From a virus, in IMG/VR virus record IMGVR_UViG_3300045988_017181: a DNA stretch of 41,977 nucleotides; one strand, given 5' to 3'. This document shows, piece by piece, positions 41,923-41,977 of this stretch. Position numbers and translations under genes: made by a program. The notes beneath the pieces are model-generated. The model had not been told where the DNA came from, searched no databases, and saw only the letters and a program-made list of their open reading frames with translations. How positions within the stretch are numbered: the stretch's first letter is position 1; each line of letters begins with the position of its first letter.

Positions 41923-41977
41923 GCTAGTGTCCTAGCTGTCGCTAGTGTCCTAGCTGTCGCTAGTGTCCTAGCTGTCG
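41923..41977. repeat. Three copies of GCTAGTGTCCTAGCTGTC (+G), identical to 1..55
   Basis: Direct reading. Confidence 0.95.

Overview
The window looks like a complete ~42-kb T7-like (Autographiviridae-type) podophage genome in reverse orientation. Every credible gene is on the minus strand. Gene order runs from early genes and a single-subunit RNA polymerase (41.8-38 kb), through the SSB, endonuclease I, amidase, primase-helicase, DNA polymerase and exonuclease replication block (37.8-28 kb), to portal, scaffold, capsid, tail tube, internal core proteins, tail fibre, holin and terminase (26.5-1.5 kb). The first and last 55 bp are identical. The ~1.45-kb non-coding arm at 1..1452 is therefore probably contiguous with 41786..41977. 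Five things stand out. (1) Four group I introns, each carrying a homing-endonuclease ORF (GIY-YIG, two HNH-type, LAGLIDADG), split three essential genes: large terminase (twice), major capsid and DNA polymerase. The exon junctions can be read from T7 homology and from P1 helices with a U-G wobble at the 5' splice site. (2) A ~370-nt GC-rich, ORF-free, hairpin-dense segment (27611..27977) lies directly downstream of a phage-type promoter. I could not match it to any RNA class I know. (3) The non-coding arm holds three phased triplets of perfect DnaA boxes, a 20-unit 11-bp array that resembles the promoter half-site, and a promoter that fires straight into a terminator hairpin. (4) Tandem arrays of a GCTAG-N4-CTAGC palindrome occur at four loci. 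(5) An exact 278-bp tandem duplication copies the promoter, 5'UTR and first 17 codons of the RNAP gene. Accessory content includes class III ribonucleotide reductase NrdD (no NrdG seen), a MazG-like protein, ThyX, a GNAT, two tRNAs and an embedded Rz/Rz1-like spanin pair. I saw no integrase, rRNA or CRISPR array. All homology statements come from my recollection of T7-family protein motifs, not from a database search.
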